DNA of 46,476 nt from contig JBAWXR010000001.1 in the NCBI GenBank assembly GCA_037143955.1, forward strand, positions 1 to 46,476. The letters run 5' to 3'. Origin of the DNA: Actinomycetes bacterium. Its GTDB lineage: Bacteria; Actinomycetota; Actinomycetes; S36-B12. The notes below the pieces were generated by a model that was given only the letters and a program-made list of their open reading frames with translations, ran no database searches and was not told the DNA's origin. Position 1 is the first letter of the stretch; each line of letters opens with the position of its first letter. Both the position numbers and the translations under genes were made by a program. Shown piece by piece: positions 43,799 to 46,476 of this stretch.

Positions 43799-45790
43799 CT
43801 ATTTCTGGGACGCGTCGCTCGCGTCACGTTTGGCGTAGGCGGCAAGGCGCGCGTTGTAGGCGTCGAGTTCGTGATCGCCATCGCGATCAGCAGCACGGTC
43901 GCGGCGGGTGGCCTCGCGGTCATCACTGCGCGCCCACTGCATGGCAATCGCGATGAGGACGATCAAGCCCGGCACCTCGGCGAGGGCCCACGCCACCTGC
44001 CCGCCCGTCAGGCTGTCCGCGAGTGGATCCGTGACCCACGTCGGTCGCACAATTCCGTACCACTCGGGTGCGAGGGGCTGACTGCTCATCATGAGCACGA
44101 CGGCGAGGAAGGCGTGCACGGCCATGCCGACAAGAAGCATCAGGAGACGCGCCCAGTAGGGAAGCGGCTTGGGCCGGGGGTCGATACCGATGAGCACCCA
44201 GTAAAAGAGGTATCCGGACGCAATGAAGTGCACGGTCATGCCAATGTGACCCACGTGGCTGCCCATGAGCCAACCGAATGCGGGAGTCAGGTAGAGGCCG
44301 TACAGCGTCGTGATGTAAAGAAAGAGGACGAGGAATGGGTTGGTGAGAAAGCCGGTGATCTTGCTGTGCAGCAGCCACACCAGCCATTCACGCGGCCCGC
44401 GCTCATTGCCGTGAGAAGGAGACAGTGCACGCAGAGCAAGGGTGGCGGGCGCGCCCATCACCAGCAGAATCGGTGCAAGCATGGCGAGCGTCATGTGCTG
44501 CACCATGTGGAAGGTCACCGACACACTCGCGTACTCAGCAAGTCCCGAGTTGGTGCACCACATCACTACGAAGACGCCTAACATCCATGACACCGTGCGC
44601 ATCACCGGCCAGTGATCCTTACGACGAGCAAGCTTGATCGCCCCTGCAACGTAAAGCGCTGCGCCAACTACGCAGAGTGTGAAGAACAGTGGATCGATGT
44701 GAATAGATGTCACGACGTTGGCAAGGGTCGGCGCCGGCGGATAGCGGTAGCCCAGCAACGACTCACCCAATGACGGCAAGTCGGTGAGGACGCGTGGAAT
44801 AGGGCTCTGCGAGAGCGCAACGCCCAGGCCCACGGCCAACGCCATGATGATCAGTTCGATCCCAGCCACGCGCGCGAAGGCACGCACACCACTCTTGTCG
44901 CCGAGTCGTGACGCGACCGAACGGCGAATGACCCAGCCAATGATCGCCAGAGCGATGATCAGAGAGGTTTTGACAATGACGAGCTGGCCATACGAGGTGG
45001 TCACGAGCTGTTGCGCATAGTCAAGTCTCGAGTAGGCGTTGCCGAGACCACTCAAGGCCACAAGTGCAATGGCCGCCAACGCGAAGGGAGAGAAGCGCTG
45101 CACCGCGCGCGCAAAGGGAATGTCGCGACTCACCGCATGCACGGCGAGTGCCACCACGCCACCGATCCAGAGCACGGCAGCCACCACATGTGCCACACCC
45201 GACGAGAGCGCGAGGGCGTGATCACCAAGGCCGGACGCGTGACCGCCGAGCGCCGGAAGGGCCACCGCAACGAGAGCAACGATGAGCCACCCCGCGGACG
45301 CACCTGTGGATGAGGTGAGAATGCAGCCGAACGCAACAATGACGGCGAGTACGGACATGACGACCAGGGCGCGAACCGTGGGAATGTCACTCGCGTAGGT
45401 GCCGACCACCTGGGGAGTGAGCGCATCGCTGAGCGGGATCCCCAGGACGTCTGCGAGAGTGAAAAGTGCCTCAAGGAGTGCAACGACGGCCCACGCCAGG
45501 GCGAATCCCGCGGCCCGCACGAGATCTTTTCGGCCGGCGGAGGAGATCACCCCTGTACGACCAGAGGGGTCGAGCACGGTGGCGGCCATGAGCCAGCCGA
45601 CGGTGGCGATGGACAGTGCGTCGATGACGACTCGGAGTATCGGCACACCCCACCCGACGAGCCCACCGACGTCGGGGAGTCCGGGTGGTGGGGGCGTATA
45701 GGCCCCTCCTGCAATCACGAGCCCCACTGCGGCCGCACCTACGGCTACGGCCGCGAGCGCGACGGCGATCCAGGCCGTGTAGCGGGACAT
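43799..45790 (-). CDS. fused CopD-like copper-resistance domain / caa3-type cytochrome c oxidase assembly factor CtaG membrane protein
   Basis: Roughly 660-aa polytopic protein. The N-terminal half resembles CopD. The C-terminal half (FHMVQHMTLAMLAPILLVMGAP...) resembles CtaG_caa3. I prefer ATG 45790 (MSRYTAWIAV...) over GTG 45820. Confidence 0.75.
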   Translation of the reverse strand: MSRYTAWIAVALAAVAVGAAAVGLVIAGGAYTPPPPGLPDVGGLVGWGVPILRVVIDALSIATVGWLMAATVLDPSGRTGVISSAGRKDLVRAAGFALAWAVVALLEALFTLADVLGIPLSDALTPQVVGTYASDIPTVRALVVMSVLAVIVAFGCILTSSTGASAGWLIVALVAVALPALGGHASGLGDHALALSSGVAHVVAAVLWIGGVVALAVHAVSRDIPFARAVQRFSPFALAAIALVALSGLGNAYSRLDYAQQLVTTSYGQLVIVKTSLIIALAIIGWVIRRSVASRLGDKSGVRAFARVAGIELIIMALAVGLGVALSQSPIPRVLTDLPSLGESLLGYRYPPAPTLANVVTSIHIDPLFFTLCVVGAALYVAGAIKLARRKDHWPVMRTVSWMLGVFVVMWCTNSGLAEYASVSVTFHMVQHMTLAMLAPILLVMGAPATLALRALSPSHGNERGPREWLVWLLHSKITGFLTNPFLVLFLYITTLYGLYLTPAFGWLMGSHVGHIGMTVHFIASGYLFYWVLIGIDPRPKPLPYWARLLMLLVGMAVHAFLAVVLMMSSQPLAPEWYGIVRPTWVTDPLADSLTGGQVAWALAEVPGLIVLIAIAMQWARSDDREATRRDRAADRDGDHELDAYNARLAAYAKRDASDASQK

Positions 45791-45820
45791 GTCCCGAGGG
45801 TACGCCGTCGAGAACGACAC

Positions 45821-46476
45821 CTAGAAAGCGTCTTCGGGTAGCTCCATGATCGTGAGGTCGGTGGCCTCGGCCACCTTGCGCTCGGACTTGATGAGCGGAA
45901 GTCGGTTCTCTGCAAACCATCGCGCTGCGGCGATCTTGCCTTCATAAAAGGCCTTGTCGCGACCTGTGGCCGTTGCAACCTTGGCGTGCGCGATTTCGGC
46001 CTGACGCAGCAGCAGCCAGCCGATGATGAGATCACCGCACGTCATGAGGAGGCGGGTGCTGTTGAGGCCGACCTTGTAGAGCTCGTTCGGCTGACCAGCC
46101 TGCGACGCCATGGCCCACTGGCCCATGACCCCGACGATGGCCTGCACGTCTTCGAGCGCCTTGCCCAACAACTCGCGCTCACGCGCGAACGCGCCGGTGC
46201 CTTCATCACCCTTGACGGTCTCGGTGATCTGACCGGCAACGGTCATCAGTGCCACGAACTGGTCTTTGACGATCTTGCGGAAGAAGAAGTCCTGACCCTG
46301 AATAGCGGTGGTGCCTTCGTACAGGGTGTCGATCTTGGCATCGCGCACGTACTGCTCAATCGGGTAGTCCTGCAGATAGCCGGAGCCACCGAACGTCTGC
46401 AGCGACAGTGCGAGCATTTCGTAGGAGCGCTCGGAGCCGACGCCCTTGACGATGGGCAGCAGCAGGTCGTTGACGC
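45821..46476 (-). CDS. acyl-CoA dehydrogenase, C-terminal part (gene continues beyond the right edge)
   Basis: The frame is open to 46476. [40 protein letters not shown] is the ACAD C-terminal helical domain, of the long FadE5-like type. TAG stop at 45821-45823. Confidence 0.85.
   Translation of the reverse strand, partial: VNDLLLPIVKGVGSERSYEMLALSLQTFGGSGYLQDYPIEQYVRDAKIDTLYEGTTAIQGQDFFFRKIVKDQFVALMTVAGQITETVKGDEGTGAFARERELLGKALEDVQAIVGVMGQWAMASQAGQPNELYKVGLNSTRLLMTCGDLIIGWLLLRQAEIAHAKVATATGRDKAFYEGKIAAARWFAENRLPLIKSERKVAEATDLTIMELPEDAF

Noticed and set aside
1-46476. Mobile elements, CRISPR arrays, tRNA/rRNA genes, toxin-antitoxin pairs or known defence genes.
   Set aside because: I recognised no transposase, integrase, Cas, restriction or TA-like ORFs, no repeat-spacer periodicity and no tRNA-sized structured intergenic segments. 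Intergenic regions are nearly all under 130 nt.

Overview
High-GC actinobacterial chromosomal segment, probably Micrococcales-like or close to the Streptomyces gene order (inferred from synteny only). It is very gene-dense: about 44 CDS. I saw no rRNA, tRNA, CRISPR array, transposase, integrase or phage genes.

Left to right:
1. Conserved origin-proximal cell-envelope block on the minus strand: anti-sigma (partial), ECF sigM, a stand-alone MurJ-associated pseudokinase, murJ, an Rv3909-like secreted protein and a NUDIX hydrolase. A CCA-adding enzyme gene is divergent from this block.
2. PadR-ino1-MFS-membrane protein block (minus strand), then DUF5318, ponA (class A PBP) and a GT87/DUF2029 membrane glycosyltransferase.
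3. xthA-femX-alanine-racemase-like operon (minus strand).
4. rpsF-ssb-rpsR-rplI, two tandem DUF805 genes, a DUF4190 gene, a low-molecular-weight (LMW) protein tyrosine phosphatase, and dnaB (no intein).
5. Accessory genes:
   - a Gfo/Idh/MocA oxidoreductase + class I aldolase + FGGY kinase module
   - an EamA / AT3-SGNH acyltransferase / HAMP-PP2C phosphatase / membrane protein string
   - a mycothiol-type DinB/MDMPI protein, a C-N hydrolase, a KimA-like APC transporter and an L,D-transpeptidase
   - a 4-gene ABC importer fused in an operon to a long metallophosphoesterase
   - a CopD/CtaG fusion and the 3' end of an acyl-CoA dehydrogenase gene

I found no clear-cut new defence or mobile system; intergenic space is almost nil. 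The signals most worth a second look are:
- a dense same-orientation cluster of DnaA-box-like 9-mers upstream of dnaB
- the split MurJ/pseudokinase arrangement within a chain of 4-nt overlaps
- the ABC importer + metallophosphoesterase operon
- the tightly packed acyltransferase/PP2C string
- an anti-SD/SD structure in the rpsF leader
- the femX/racemase-like pairing

All functional calls come from reading motifs by eye. No database search was run.
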